From assembly GCA_012838235.1 (NCBI GenBank), contig DUPQ01000074.1:26709-90708 (forward strand): a stretch of DNA of 64,000 nt, read 5' to 3'. Under the pieces are notes generated by a model. It had not been told where the DNA came from. It saw only the letters and a list, made by a program, of their open reading frames with translations, and made no database searches. The DNA comes from Clostridiaceae bacterium (GTDB lineage Bacteria; Bacillota; Clostridia; DUPQ01). Below are positions 35,908 to 45,493 of this stretch, piece by piece. The position numbers and the translations under genes are program-made. Position 1 is the stretch's first letter. Each line of letters begins with the position of its first letter.

Positions 35908-37158
35908 ATGACAATGTTAAAAGGAGCTGCGATTTTCGGACAATCGGGCGGACCGACAGCGGTTATAAATTCCAGTGCATCGGGAGTTTTTCAGCAGGCA
36001 CTTAAAGAGCAATGTATCACTGCAGTTTACGGAGCCGCACACGGAATCAAAGGAATTCTGAACGAAGAATTTTATGACATATCAAAAGAATCAAAAGAAC
36101 AGTTGGAACTATTGAAGACTACACCTTCATCCGCTTTGGGTTCGGTAAGGTATAAGCTGAAGAATGCGGATGTTGATGATACCGACTATAAAAGACTTTT
36201 AGAGGTTTTCAGGAAGTATAACATAAGGTATTTCTTCTATAACGGCGGAAACGACTCTATGGATACTTGCAATAAAGTAAGTAAATACTTAGCCGATGCA
36301 GGGTATGAATGCAGAGTTATAGGTGTTCCCAAGACCATAGACAATGACCTTGCAATAACCGACCATTGCCCCGGATACGGTTCGGCAGCCAAATATGTGG
36401 CAACAACCATCATGGAGGTTTATCATGATGCCTCTGTGTATGATACCCCTATGATTACGGTAATAGAGATAATGGGAAGAAATGCGGGATGGCTTACGGC
36501 GGCAAGTTTGTTGGCTGTATACAAAGGAGCCGGTCCCGACCTTATATACCTTCCCGAAGTGCCTTTCACCATTGAGAAATTCCTTTCCGATGTAAAGAAA
36601 GTATATGACAGTAAACCCGACCATAAAGTTATTGTTGCGGTTTCCGAAGGATGCAAGGACAAAGAGGGCAGATATATTGCGGAAATGGGTCAATCGCTTA
36701 AAAAAGATGCTTTCGGTCATTCTCAGTTGGGCGGAGCGGCAGCAATCTTAGGTGAAATAGTTGAGGAACAATTCAAATGTAAAGTTCGTTCCATAGAGTT
36801 CAGCCTTATGCAGCGTTGTGCGGCACATATAGGCTCAAGAACCGATATTGAAGAGGCGTTTCTTGCAGGGCAGCAGGCGGTAAAAGCTGCGGTAGAGGGA
36901 CATACCGATTACATGATAGGTTTTGAAAGAACAAACGAAAAAGGTAAATACGGTATCAAAACAGTTCTTATACCTCTTGCTAAAGTAGCCAATGCCGAGA
37001 AAACCGTTCCTTTGGAGTGGTTTAACCAAGAGAAGAATTTCTTAAAGAAAGATTTCATCGATTATGCACTTCCTTTGATACAGGGAGATTCCGGTCTTCC
37101 TTTTGAAGAAGGACTGCCTAAATTTGCAAAACTGAAAAAAGTATCAGCAAGAAAGTAG
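35908..37158 (+). CDS. pfp: Phosphofructokinase, probably pyrophosphate-dependent
   Basis: GGPTAVINSS, GGNDSMDT and VPKTIDNDL, with Asp and Lys at the two positions that are Gly in ATP-dependent PFKs. Confidence 0.8.
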   Translation: MTMLKGAAIFGQSGGPTAVINSSASGVFQQALKEQCITAVYGAAHGIKGILNEEFYDISKESKEQLELLKTTPSSALGSVRYKLKNADVDDTDYKRLLEVFRKYNIRYFFYNGGNDSMDTCNKVSKYLADAGYECRVIGVPKTIDNDLAITDHCPGYGSAAKYVATTIMEVYHDASVYDTPMITVIEIMGRNAGWLTAASLLAVYKGAGPDLIYLPEVPFTIEKFLSDVKKVYDSKPDHKVIVAVSEGCKDKEGRYIAEMGQSLKKDAFGHSQLGGAAAILGEIVEEQFKCKVRSIEFSLMQRCAAHIGSRTDIEEAFLAGQQAVKAAVEGHTDYMIGFERTNEKGKYGIKTVLIPLAKVANAEKTVPLEWFNQEKNFLKKDFIDYALPLIQGDSGLPFEEGLPKFAKLKKVSARK

Positions 37159-37171
37159 AGAGGATATAGAT

Positions 37172-38110
37172 ATGGCACTTATAACATCAAAGAAAATGTT
37201 CGAAAAAGCCTATAAAGGCGGATATGCGATAGGCGCATTCAATGTAAACAATATGGAGATTATCCAAGGTATAACGGAAGCCGCAATGGAAGTACAGGCA
37301 CCCCTGATTCTTCAGGTTTCTGCCGGAGCCAGAAGATATGCAAAGCATGTTTATCTTATGAAATTAATTGAAGCGGCTCTTGAAGATACCGGGCTTCCCA
37401 TATGTGTTCACCTGGACCACGGCGACAGTTTTGAAACATGTAAATCCTGTATAGACGGCGGTTTTACTTCGGTAATGATAGACGGTTCTCATCTTCCACT
37501 TGAAGAGAATATTAAAGTAACCAGGCAGGTTGTGGAATATGCACATGCAAAAGGTGTAGTGGTCGAAGGAGAATTGGGCAGACTGGCGGGGGTGGAGGAT
37601 GAAATTAAAGTCAAAAAAGAAGATTCCTCGTATACCGATCCCGATGAAGTGGAAGAGTTTGTATCAAAGACGGGAGTGGACTCACTGGCAATAGCGATAG
37701 GTACAAGCCACGGAGCATATAAGTTCCAGGGTGAAGCCAAACTGAGATTTGACATACTGGAAGAAGTGCAGAGAAGATTGCCCGGTTTCCCGATAGTTCT
37801 TCACGGTGCATCATCGGTTATTCCGGAGTTTGTGGAAAAGATAAACAAATACGGCGGAAAAATGCCCGGTGCCCAGGGAGTTCCCGAAGAAATGCTGAGA
37901 AAGGCTGCAGGTATGGCGGTATGTAAGATAAATATAGACTCCGATCTGAGGCTCGCAATGACTTCATCCATAAGAGAGTATTTTGCATTGCATCCCGATC
38001 ATTTCGATCCGAGACAGTATCTGAAACCTGCAAGAGAAAATATCAAGCAGTTGGTTAAGCATAAGCTTGTTCATGTATTGGGATGTGACAATACGGCGGG
38101 AGAGTATTAA
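37172..38110 (+). CDS. fba: Class II fructose-1,6-bisphosphate aldolase
   Basis: GAFNVNNME, HLDHGDS, GELG, IGTSHGAYKF and LHGASS. Confidence 0.9.
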   Translation: MALITSKKMFEKAYKGGYAIGAFNVNNMEIIQGITEAAMEVQAPLILQVSAGARRYAKHVYLMKLIEAALEDTGLPICVHLDHGDSFETCKSCIDGGFTSVMIDGSHLPLEENIKVTRQVVEYAHAKGVVVEGELGRLAGVEDEIKVKKEDSSYTDPDEVEEFVSKTGVDSLAIAIGTSHGAYKFQGEAKLRFDILEEVQRRLPGFPIVLHGASSVIPEFVEKINKYGGKMPGAQGVPEEMLRKAAGMAVCKINIDSDLRLAMTSSIREYFALHPDHFDPRQYLKPARENIKQLVKHKLVHVLGCDNTAGEY

Positions 38111-38130
38111 GATAAGTCGGAAATTAAACA

Positions 38131-38156
38131 TAAAAAAGCGGGAAACCGCTTTTTTT
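38131..38156 (+). terminator. Intrinsic terminator after pfp-fba
   Basis: AAAAAAGCGG-GAAA-CCGCTTTTTTT. Confidence 0.75.
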
Positions 38157-38222
38157 ATGGAAATAATACAAAGTTCGCAATATTGGGAATGTAATGTATA
38201 ATATTGGCAAAGGAGAACCGGT

Positions 38223-38837
38223 TTGTTAGTAAAAGATTCCAAGTTTATAATAAGTGCGGCAAAAGCGGAGCAATGGCCTGATGATGAGTTGCCGGAAGTT
38301 GTGTTTTCCGGAAAATCCAATGTGGGTAAATCCGGCCTTATAAACGCTCTTTGCAACAGAAAGAATCTTGCCTACTCGGCATCGGCTCCCGGTAAAACCC
38401 GTCTTGTTAACTTCTATGAAATAAACGGTGTCATGAGAATGGTGGACCTTCCCGGTTACGGATACTCCAAAGCTTCAAAGCAGGAAACAAAGTTGTACGG
38501 CAAACTTGCCGAACGGTATTTAACTCAAAGAAAGAATATACGGCTCATAATTCAGATATTGGACATTCGCCATGACCCCACGGAAGATGATTTGCATATG
38601 ATAGAGTTTTTGAATACTATAGGTTTGCCGTTTGTTATAGCTGTAAATAAGTGCGATAAACTCTCCAAATCTCAAGCAATCAATAGAGCAAGAAGCATAG
38701 CGGGAATGCTGGATATTGACCCCGATACGCCGTTCATACTGACTTCCGTTACGGCAAAAAGAGGTATGGAAGAGATATGGGATGCCATAGATTTTTACTG
38801 CTTTGATCAAGAGGATGATAATAACGAGACAGAGTAA
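38223..38837 (+). CDS. engB: Ribosome biogenesis GTPase EngB/YsxC
   Basis: GKSNVGKSGLINAL (G1), DLPGYG (G3) and NKCD (G4). TTG start with AAGGAG SD. Confidence 0.9.
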   Translation: MLVKDSKFIISAAKAEQWPDDELPEVVFSGKSNVGKSGLINALCNRKNLAYSASAPGKTRLVNFYEINGVMRMVDLPGYGYSKASKQETKLYGKLAERYLTQRKNIRLIIQILDIRHDPTEDDLHMIEFLNTIGLPFVIAVNKCDKLSKSQAINRARSIAGMLDIDPDTPFILTSVTAKRGMEEIWDAIDFYCFDQEDDNNETE

Positions 38838-38856
38838 ATTAAGGGACATAACAGAT

Positions 38857-39921
38857 ATGAAGAAAAGTAAGATTAATTACACTAAAGAAATAAGGATATT
38901 TTCAGTTATCACGGTAACGATGCTGTTACTTACAATACTGCTTACCGGATGCGCTCCTTATAAGTACAGCAGGTATATAGAGCTTGCCGAATATATGAAT
39001 CTTCAGTTGGACTATAACGTGATTGCCGTAACCGAAGAAGATTTGCAAAAAGAGACAGATATTCTTTTGGACAAGTATGCAAAAACCGTTGTTCTGGATA
39101 GAGGAGAGGTTAAATCAGGCGATATTGCTAACATTGATTATTCCGGTCTGGTAGACGGAAGACCTTTTGCGGGCGGTGCCGAAACAGGTTATGATTTGGC
39201 CATAGGAACACACACTTTTATAGAGGGATTTGAAGAAGGACTGATAGGGGCAGTTATCGGACAGACGGTTGTGTTGAATCTTACATTTCCCGTAAATTAC
39301 AAAGATAAAGACAATAGTGTGTCCGCACTTGCAGGCAAAGAGGTAGTTTTCAATGTTGTAGTGAATAAAGTTACAAGGCGAGTACCGCCTCAGTATACCG
39401 ATGAGTTTATAAAAAGCCTGGATAGTGAGTATAAGACGGTGGAAGAATACAACGAATATCTGAAAAAAGAGATATTCAAGTATAAAAAAACTCAAGAAGC
39501 ATGGAAAACCGTGGTGAATAATACAGTAGTAATAAAATATCCCGATACCGTTCAAAAGAGAGTGGATGAGATAAGAGAATATTATGAATACTACACGATA
39601 TATTACGGGTACAGCTCCTTCAACGATTTCTGTATTGACGCATTGGGGCAGACCGAAGAAGAGTTTAACCGGATTAATCTGGAAAGCGCCCGTGACGGAG
39701 TGAAGCAGGAAATGATATCGCAAGCCATTGCGGGGTTGGAGAAAATAAAGTTAACCAAAAGCGATTTGGATAAAGGCTATGCCAATTACGCCGAGTATTA
39801 CGGATATGACAACACTCAGGATTTGTTTAAAGATTACGATAAAAATTCCATTACCTCCAGCATACTGCTGAATAAGGTAATGGAATATGTTGCAAAGCAT
39901 GCGGTTGTGGTAAATAATTAG
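38857..39921 (+). CDS. Lipoprotein with trigger-factor-like FKBP PPIase and C-terminal chaperone domains
   Basis: Signal peptide with lipobox LLTGC. GDIANIDYSGLVDGRPFAGG...FIEGFEEGLIG...LTFPVNY parallels the trigger factor PPIase domain. The ribosome-binding N-domain (GFRxGxxP) is absent. Confidence 0.7.
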   Translation: MKKSKINYTKEIRIFSVITVTMLLLTILLTGCAPYKYSRYIELAEYMNLQLDYNVIAVTEEDLQKETDILLDKYAKTVVLDRGEVKSGDIANIDYSGLVDGRPFAGGAETGYDLAIGTHTFIEGFEEGLIGAVIGQTVVLNLTFPVNYKDKDNSVSALAGKEVVFNVVVNKVTRRVPPQYTDEFIKSLDSEYKTVEEYNEYLKKEIFKYKKTQEAWKTVVNNTVVIKYPDTVQKRVDEIREYYEYYTIYYGYSSFNDFCIDALGQTEEEFNRINLESARDGVKQEMISQAIAGLEKIKLTKSDLDKGYANYAEYYGYDNTQDLFKDYDKNSITSSILLNKVMEYVAKHAVVVNN

Positions 39922-39947
39922 AAGCCTTAAAAGGTTTGTTTAGTTTA

Positions 39948-41012
39948 TTACTTAACTTCTAAAGTCCAACCCCTTGTATCCTTAATGATACCGTACTGTA
40001 TGCCCGTAAGCGTATCATAGAGCTTTTGGGATATCTTACCTATCTTATTGTCATTAATAACGTAACGCACATCCTTGTATACAAGTTCTCCTACGGGGGA
40101 TATTACCGCTGCCGTTCCCGTTCCGAAACATTCTTTCATGTCACCGTTTTTCAGCGCTTTTATAACCTCATCAACGGATATTTTTCTTTCCTCCGTCCTG
40201 TAGCCCAATGCTTCTGCAATCTCCAATGTGCTTTTTCTGGTTATTCCGGGTAATATGCTTCCCGAAAGTTCCGGTGTAACAATCTTATCACGTATAACAA
40301 AGAATACGTTCATTGCGCCTACTTCTTCAATATACTTACCTTCATGCGCATCCAGCCACAAAGTCTGAATACAATTGAGTTTTATGGCCTTTTCCTGTGC
40401 GATAAGGCTTGCCGCGTAATTACCCATGGTTTTGGCATGTCCCATTCCGCCTTTGGAGGCACGTTTATAGAAGTCTTCCACATAAATACTGGTGGGATTG
40501 AGTCCTCCGGGATAATACGGACCTACCGGACCGATTATTATCATAAAAAGATATGTATAGGAAGGATGCACTCCTAAGAAAGGATCTACCGAGATTATAA
40601 ACGGACGGATGTACAAAGAAGTTCCCGGTGCGGAAGGTACCCAGTCGATATCGGTTTTTACAAGCGTTACTATCGCCTGTACCACATCCGCTTCATCAAT
40701 AGGCGGTATACACAGTCGCTCGCAGGATGCTCTCAGTCTCTTGGCATTCTCGTCGGGACGGAATAACAACACCTTGTTATCTTTTGTCCTGTAAGCTTTC
40801 AGTCCTTCAAAAACGCCCTGACCGTAATGTAACACATTGGTGGACGGATCTAAGGACAGAGGTCCGTACGGCTCTATTCTTGCATTGTGCCAGCCTTTTT
40901 CCGGAGTATAGTTCATCAGAAACATATGATCGGTGAACTGTTTACCGAAAGACAGTTTGCTTTCGTCGGGTTTTGTTTTGGGTTTCTTGGTTAAGTTAAT
41001 GGAAATATTCAT
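39948..41012 (-). CDS. ilvE: Branched-chain amino acid aminotransferase
   Basis: FGKQFTDHMF, YGQGVFEGLKAY and the class IV aminotransferase core. The second Met (41012) has an AAGGA SD. Confidence 0.9.
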   Translation of the reverse strand: MNISINLTKKPKTKPDESKLSFGKQFTDHMFLMNYTPEKGWHNARIEPYGPLSLDPSTNVLHYGQGVFEGLKAYRTKDNKVLLFRPDENAKRLRASCERLCIPPIDEADVVQAIVTLVKTDIDWVPSAPGTSLYIRPFIISVDPFLGVHPSYTYLFMIIIGPVGPYYPGGLNPTSIYVEDFYKRASKGGMGHAKTMGNYAASLIAQEKAIKLNCIQTLWLDAHEGKYIEEVGAMNVFFVIRDKIVTPELSGSILPGITRKSTLEIAEALGYRTEERKISVDEVIKALKNGDMKECFGTGTAAVISPVGELVYKDVRYVINDNKIGKISQKLYDTLTGIQYGIIKDTRGWTLEVK

Positions 41013-41106
41013 GTTCTTTGGTCCTTGCCTTAATTTCATTTTCAGTATATTATACTAAAATATCGGAGTAATTACAAATGATTACAGGTTTTTTTGAGGA
41101 AATTTA

Positions 41107-41610
41107 ATGTATAAATATTTACCGGATTACATAGCACAAGGAATATCGGATATAGATTATAAAAGACTGTATGATATGGGAATAAGAGGCTTATGTTTTG
41201 ATATAGATAACACATTGGTAGGGATGTATGACGAGGAAATTCACAAAAAAGCACTTACTTTAATAAACAATTTGAAAAATATGGGCTTTTCCATATGTAT
41301 TTTATCCAATGCTTCAAAAAAAAGAACCGCTTTGATTGCCACCGGTTTCGGGTTAGAATATGTGTACAGGGCATTTAAGCCGCTTAAGCAGGGTTTTCTT
41401 ATTGTGTTACGCATATTAGACCTTGAGCCGCATAAATGCGCAATGATAGGAGATCAGCTTTTTACCGACATAAGAGGAGGCAAAAAAGCGGGATTTCTGA
41501 CCGTTATGACTAAGAGAATGAACAATCATGAATCGCTGTATGTCCGGTTCAAGAGGATTTTTGAGGACAGGATAATGAGAAAATATATTAAAGGGATAGA
41601 AAAGATATGA
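41107..41610 (+). CDS. yqeG: YqeG-family HAD-IIIA phosphatase
   Basis: GLCFDIDNTLV, LSNAS and IGDQLFTDIRGG. Confidence 0.8.
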   Translation: MYKYLPDYIAQGISDIDYKRLYDMGIRGLCFDIDNTLVGMYDEEIHKKALTLINNLKNMGFSICILSNASKKRTALIATGFGLEYVYRAFKPLKQGFLIVLRILDLEPHKCAMIGDQLFTDIRGGKKAGFLTVMTKRMNNHESLYVRFKRIFEDRIMRKYIKGIEKI

Positions 41611-42458
41611 TAAGATTCGGACCGGCAGGCAATGAGCCTTCTTTTTACGAACAGGGATATAAGAATACCTTTGAAGCCATGAAGTGGTTGCAGGATATGG
41701 GTTTGAATGCGTATGAGTATCAAAGCGGCAGGGGAGTAAATATAGGGGAGCAAGCCGCATTAAAGATAGGTGAGCATGCAAAAAAACACGATATAGCTTT
41801 ATCTCTTCACGCCCCTTACTTTATAAACATGGCGACAAAGGAGCCGGATAAAGTGCAAAGTTCCCTTATGCATATGCACAAATCATATATCGCTGCAAAA
41901 CAGATGGGTGCTACAAGAGTATGCGTTCATACCGGCTCTCCCATGGGAGATACCAGGGAGAATGCCATAAAGAGGGCACATATATTTCTTAAAAACTTTT
42001 TGGATGATATTGATGACCAATCGGTAATATTCTGTCCGGAGTTGATGGGTAAAGTAAATCAGCTGGGCAATTTGGAAGAGGTTATTTACCTTTGCGCCAA
42101 TGACGAAAGGATACTGCCTACCATAGATTTCGGTCATTTAAATGCAAGAACTCACGGTACTCTGAAAACACCGGAAGATTTTGAAAGAGTGGTGTTGAAA
42201 CTTATAAACGGAATAGGATTGGAGCGGACAAGAATAATGCATGTGCATTTTTCCCAGATTGAATATACGCAAGGCGGCGAAAAAAAGCACCTTACATTTG
42301 AAGATGACAAGTACGGTCCCTATTTCCAGGACCTTATACCGGTACTGTATAAGTATGATATGAAACCTGTTATAATATGCGAATCGGATAATACCATGGC
42401 AACCGATGCGTTGAAGAGTAAAATTATGTATGAGCAATATATGAAGAAGGATTTATGA
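41607..42458 (+). CDS. AP-endonuclease-2/xylose-isomerase-like TIM barrel protein (endonuclease IV-like)
   Basis: MIRFGPAGN..., LSLHAPYFINMA, VCVHTG and IDFGHLNA metal-ligand-like motifs. Confidence 0.6.
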   Translation: MIRFGPAGNEPSFYEQGYKNTFEAMKWLQDMGLNAYEYQSGRGVNIGEQAALKIGEHAKKHDIALSLHAPYFINMATKEPDKVQSSLMHMHKSYIAAKQMGATRVCVHTGSPMGDTRENAIKRAHIFLKNFLDDIDDQSVIFCPELMGKVNQLGNLEEVIYLCANDERILPTIDFGHLNARTHGTLKTPEDFERVVLKLINGIGLERTRIMHVHFSQIEYTQGGEKKHLTFEDDKYGPYFQDLIPVLYKYDMKPVIICESDNTMATDALKSKIMYEQYMKKDL

Positions 42459-42466
42459 GGTGCCGT

Positions 42467-43543
42467 ATGTTCAGTAAAAGAGTTGATTGTATGAGAAAAA
42501 TAATGGAGGAAGAAAACTTGGACGGAGCTGTCATAACGTCCAGAGATAATACGCTTTATCTTTCTTCTTTTTCCGGATCCAGCAGTATATTGATATTTAC
42601 ACGTGATAAAGCATACTTTGCAACGGATTTTCGTTACATTGAAGCGGCCGAACTGATATCCGCTTACGGTTACGAAGTGGTGTTGATTCAGGAAGGCATG
42701 AAAAGCGTACTCTCCTTATTATCCAAACTTTTCACTAAAAGTGAATTGCGCATAGGATTTGAAAAAACCGTTTCATACGGCTACTTTGAGGCTTTGAAAA
42801 AAGGTCTGAAGGATTGTGAATATATTGATGTTTCCGACCGGTTACTCGCCGTCCGCTCGGTTAAAGACCAAAAGGAATTGTCTCTGATGGCAAAAGCCGC
42901 TTCCATAGCGGACATCGCTTTTACACATATACTGAATACTGTAAAAGCGGGAATGACAGAAATAGAGGTAGCTGCCGAACTGGAGTATGTGATGAAGAAA
43001 AACGGAGCATCCTTTCCGGCTTTTGAAACCATAGCGATATCGGGTAAAAAGACCAGTATGCCTCACGGTGTTCCCGACCATAAGAAACTTATGAATCATG
43101 ATCCGGTTACTTTGGATTTCGGAGCAAACTACAAAGGGTATTGTTCCGATATGACCAGGACTTTTTTCCTGGGTTCTCCGTCACCTAAAATGAAGAAGAT
43201 ATATAACATAGTGTATGACGCACAAAAGAGTGCTCAGGATTATGTCAGAGAAGGTGTAACGGGAGCGGATGTTGATAAGATTGCAAGAGATATAATAGGT
43301 AATGAAGGGTACGGAAAGTATTTCGGGCACAGTACGGGACACGGAGTGGGTTTGCTGGTACATGAAGAACCCAGGCTTTCCACCCAAAGCACAACCGTTC
43401 TGAAAAGTAATATGACCGTTACCGTAGAGCCGGGAATATATATTCCCGATGCGGGCGGAGTCCGGATAGAAAATACCGTTGTCGTGCAAGAAGACGGCTG
43501 CTATACTCTTAATCACTCGAATAAAGAGTTGATTATTATTTAA
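42467..43543 (+). CDS. M24 family Xaa-Pro aminopeptidase/dipeptidase
   Basis: DFGANYKGYCSDMTRT, HSTGHGVGLLVHEEP and VEPGIY...GVRIEN. GAGGTG SD precedes the ATG at 42467. Confidence 0.85.
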   Translation: MFSKRVDCMRKIMEEENLDGAVITSRDNTLYLSSFSGSSSILIFTRDKAYFATDFRYIEAAELISAYGYEVVLIQEGMKSVLSLLSKLFTKSELRIGFEKTVSYGYFEALKKGLKDCEYIDVSDRLLAVRSVKDQKELSLMAKAASIADIAFTHILNTVKAGMTEIEVAAELEYVMKKNGASFPAFETIAISGKKTSMPHGVPDHKKLMNHDPVTLDFGANYKGYCSDMTRTFFLGSPSPKMKKIYNIVYDAQKSAQDYVREGVTGADVDKIARDIIGNEGYGKYFGHSTGHGVGLLVHEEPRLSTQSTTVLKSNMTVTVEPGIYIPDAGGVRIENTVVVQEDGCYTLNHSNKELIII

Positions 43544-43544
43544 A

Positions 43545-44009
43545 ATGGATTATACGATAAGAAAACTTGATGCCGAATCATTTATGTGCATTGCCGAACT
43601 TCGAGGATATGCAAAAGATGATGAGGATTTTATTGAGCGCTATAATCGGGTTGTTGATAAAAAAGACGATTGCTATGCGGTTTTTGTAAATGATGAATGT
43701 ATTGCCGATGTCACATTGACATATGTTTCAAGTGACAAGGCTGCGGCTGAAGAAAATATAAGGGCATATATGTCGGGATTATTGGTCAAAGAAGACTATC
43801 GAAACAAAAAGATTGCAACCGCTTTGATAATGCATCTAATTGAGGAGTTGAAAGAAAAAGGGTATAAGGAGTTGTCGGTTTTATCGGATACCGATAATGT
43901 TGTTGCCTCTAAACTATATGCAAAACTGGGCTTTCAAAGAGAAAACACCTACGATGTAGAGGATATGTCCTTTGATTTACTGGTGTACAGAATAAATCGG
44001 GCACTTTAA
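43545..44009 (+). CDS. GNAT family N-acetyltransferase
   Basis: LLVKEDYRNKKIATALIMHLIEELKEKGY (motif A) and LYAKLGF. Confidence 0.8.
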   Translation: MDYTIRKLDAESFMCIAELRGYAKDDEDFIERYNRVVDKKDDCYAVFVNDECIADVTLTYVSSDKAAAEENIRAYMSGLLVKEDYRNKKIATALIMHLIEELKEKGYKELSVLSDTDNVVASKLYAKLGFQRENTYDVEDMSFDLLVYRINRAL

Positions 44010-44151
44010 CGGATGTTCTATGTTTTTTAACTTTTAAATTAATTTTTGGTTCACTCTAAAATTTTGCGGGATTTAGGATTCTTGACGTAAGTCTCTTTCG
44101 GTTATGTTGTAAATATATCGTGCAAAATGTATAATTATTATGAGGTATGTT

Positions 44152-44541
44152 ATGGCTGATGATGTTCTGAAAATCAACGGACTGGAAACATCCTTAGGGC
44201 AACTTAAGGTGACTAACGAGGTAATAGCGATATTGGCCGGAATTGCCGCAATGGAAGAAGACGGCGTGTATGCAATGAGCGGAGGGATTACCGGCGAACT
44301 TGCACAGGCATTGGGGATTAAGAATCTTTCCAAAGGCGTCAAGATTGAGACCGATGAGGAAGGCATTCATGTCAATATATATATTATTGTGGAATTGGGA
44401 GTAAGAATACCCGAAGTGGCATGGAGTATACAGGAAAAGGTAAAAAAACTGGTGGAAAAAATGACCGGTAGTAAAGTTACGGAAGTTAATATCCATGTTC
44501 AGGGTGTAAATATACATAAACCCGGGGAGGAGCAGAAATGA
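44152..44541 (+). CDS. Asp23/Gls24 family envelope stress protein
   Basis: VTNEVIAILAGIAAMEEDGV..., IYIIVELGVRIPEVAWSIQEKVKKLVEKMTG. Confidence 0.85.
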   Translation: MADDVLKINGLETSLGQLKVTNEVIAILAGIAAMEEDGVYAMSGGITGELAQALGIKNLSKGVKIETDEEGIHVNIYIIVELGVRIPEVAWSIQEKVKKLVEKMTGSKVTEVNIHVQGVNIHKPGEEQK

Positions 44542-45071
44542 AATTTTTTAAAAAGGGCAGGAAGTTTTTTTATACTGTAAATATAATATTGATTGTTGTC
44601 TTATGTGCCGTTACGATACATGCATGTCTCGATCCGATGGATTACGAGAGAGCTTTCGAGGATTTTGTCGATGCAAGGTTTTTCTCGGTACAAAGAGGGG
44701 TTATATTCCTGGTTGCGTTGCTGATTCTGGTATTTGAAGCTTTCTTTATAGTGTCTCTTTTACGCAAAGAAGAAAAACCCGTAGAAACGGTCAATCTGAC
44801 CACCCCGACAGGACAGATCAGTATTACGGCCTATTCGCTGGAAACTATGGTCAAGAGTATAGTAAGTCGGTTTGATTCGGTGACCGATGTGAGAACCAAG
44901 GTGGATTTCAGCAATTCGCAGGTAGGTATGGATATATCGGTGAAAGTCAAGTCATCGGTTCTCATACCGGAGATATCTTCCAAGATTCAGAGCATTGTTA
45001 AAGAGGAAGTGTTAAAAAGTACCGGCATAGAATTGCATAGCATAAGAGTTTTTGTGGACGGAATAAATTAA
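44538..45071 (+). CDS. Asp23-associated membrane anchor protein (AmaP-like)
   Basis: Two N-terminal TM helices followed by an Asp23-like C-terminal fold. It is coupled to asp23 by an ATGA overlap. Confidence 0.55.
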   Translation: MKFFKKGRKFFYTVNIILIVVLCAVTIHACLDPMDYERAFEDFVDARFFSVQRGVIFLVALLILVFEAFFIVSLLRKEEKPVETVNLTTPTGQISITAYSLETMVKSIVSRFDSVTDVRTKVDFSNSQVGMDISVKVKSSVLIPEISSKIQSIVKEEVLKSTGIELHSIRVFVDGIN

Positions 45072-45088
45072 TTATTAAAGGAACCGTT

Positions 45089-45493
45089 ATGGGAAGAAGA
45101 AAAACAAGGGAACATGCTCTTCGGCTTGTATACCAGATACAGATAAATGACGATGATATAAATGAGCAGATGGAACAGTATTTCCTTGATAATGATGTAA
45201 AGAATACCGCAAAGGAATATATAAAAAAGGCGGTAACATATATCAATGAGAACTGCAAAGACATCGACTCGGTGCTATCCATGTATCTTGCCAAGAACTG
45301 GCGTATTGAAAGAATTCCCAAGATAGAACTGGCAATCATGAGACTTGCATATTATGAGATATTGAATCTTGAGGATGTACCCAAATCCGTGGCAATAAAT
45401 GAAGCCGTAGAACTTGCCAAAACCTACGGCAGTGATGATGCCGGAAAATATATCAATGCGGTGCTGGCAAATATTCAAAACGGAGAGCAGTGA
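45089..45493 (+). CDS. nusB: Transcription antitermination factor NusB
   Basis: RRKTREHALRLVYQ..., IERIPKIELAIMRLAYYEI and INEAVELAKTYG. Confidence 0.9.
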   Translation: MGRRKTREHALRLVYQIQINDDDINEQMEQYFLDNDVKNTAKEYIKKAVTYINENCKDIDSVLSMYLAKNWRIERIPKIELAIMRLAYYEILNLEDVPKSVAINEAVELAKTYGSDDAGKYINAVLANIQNGEQ

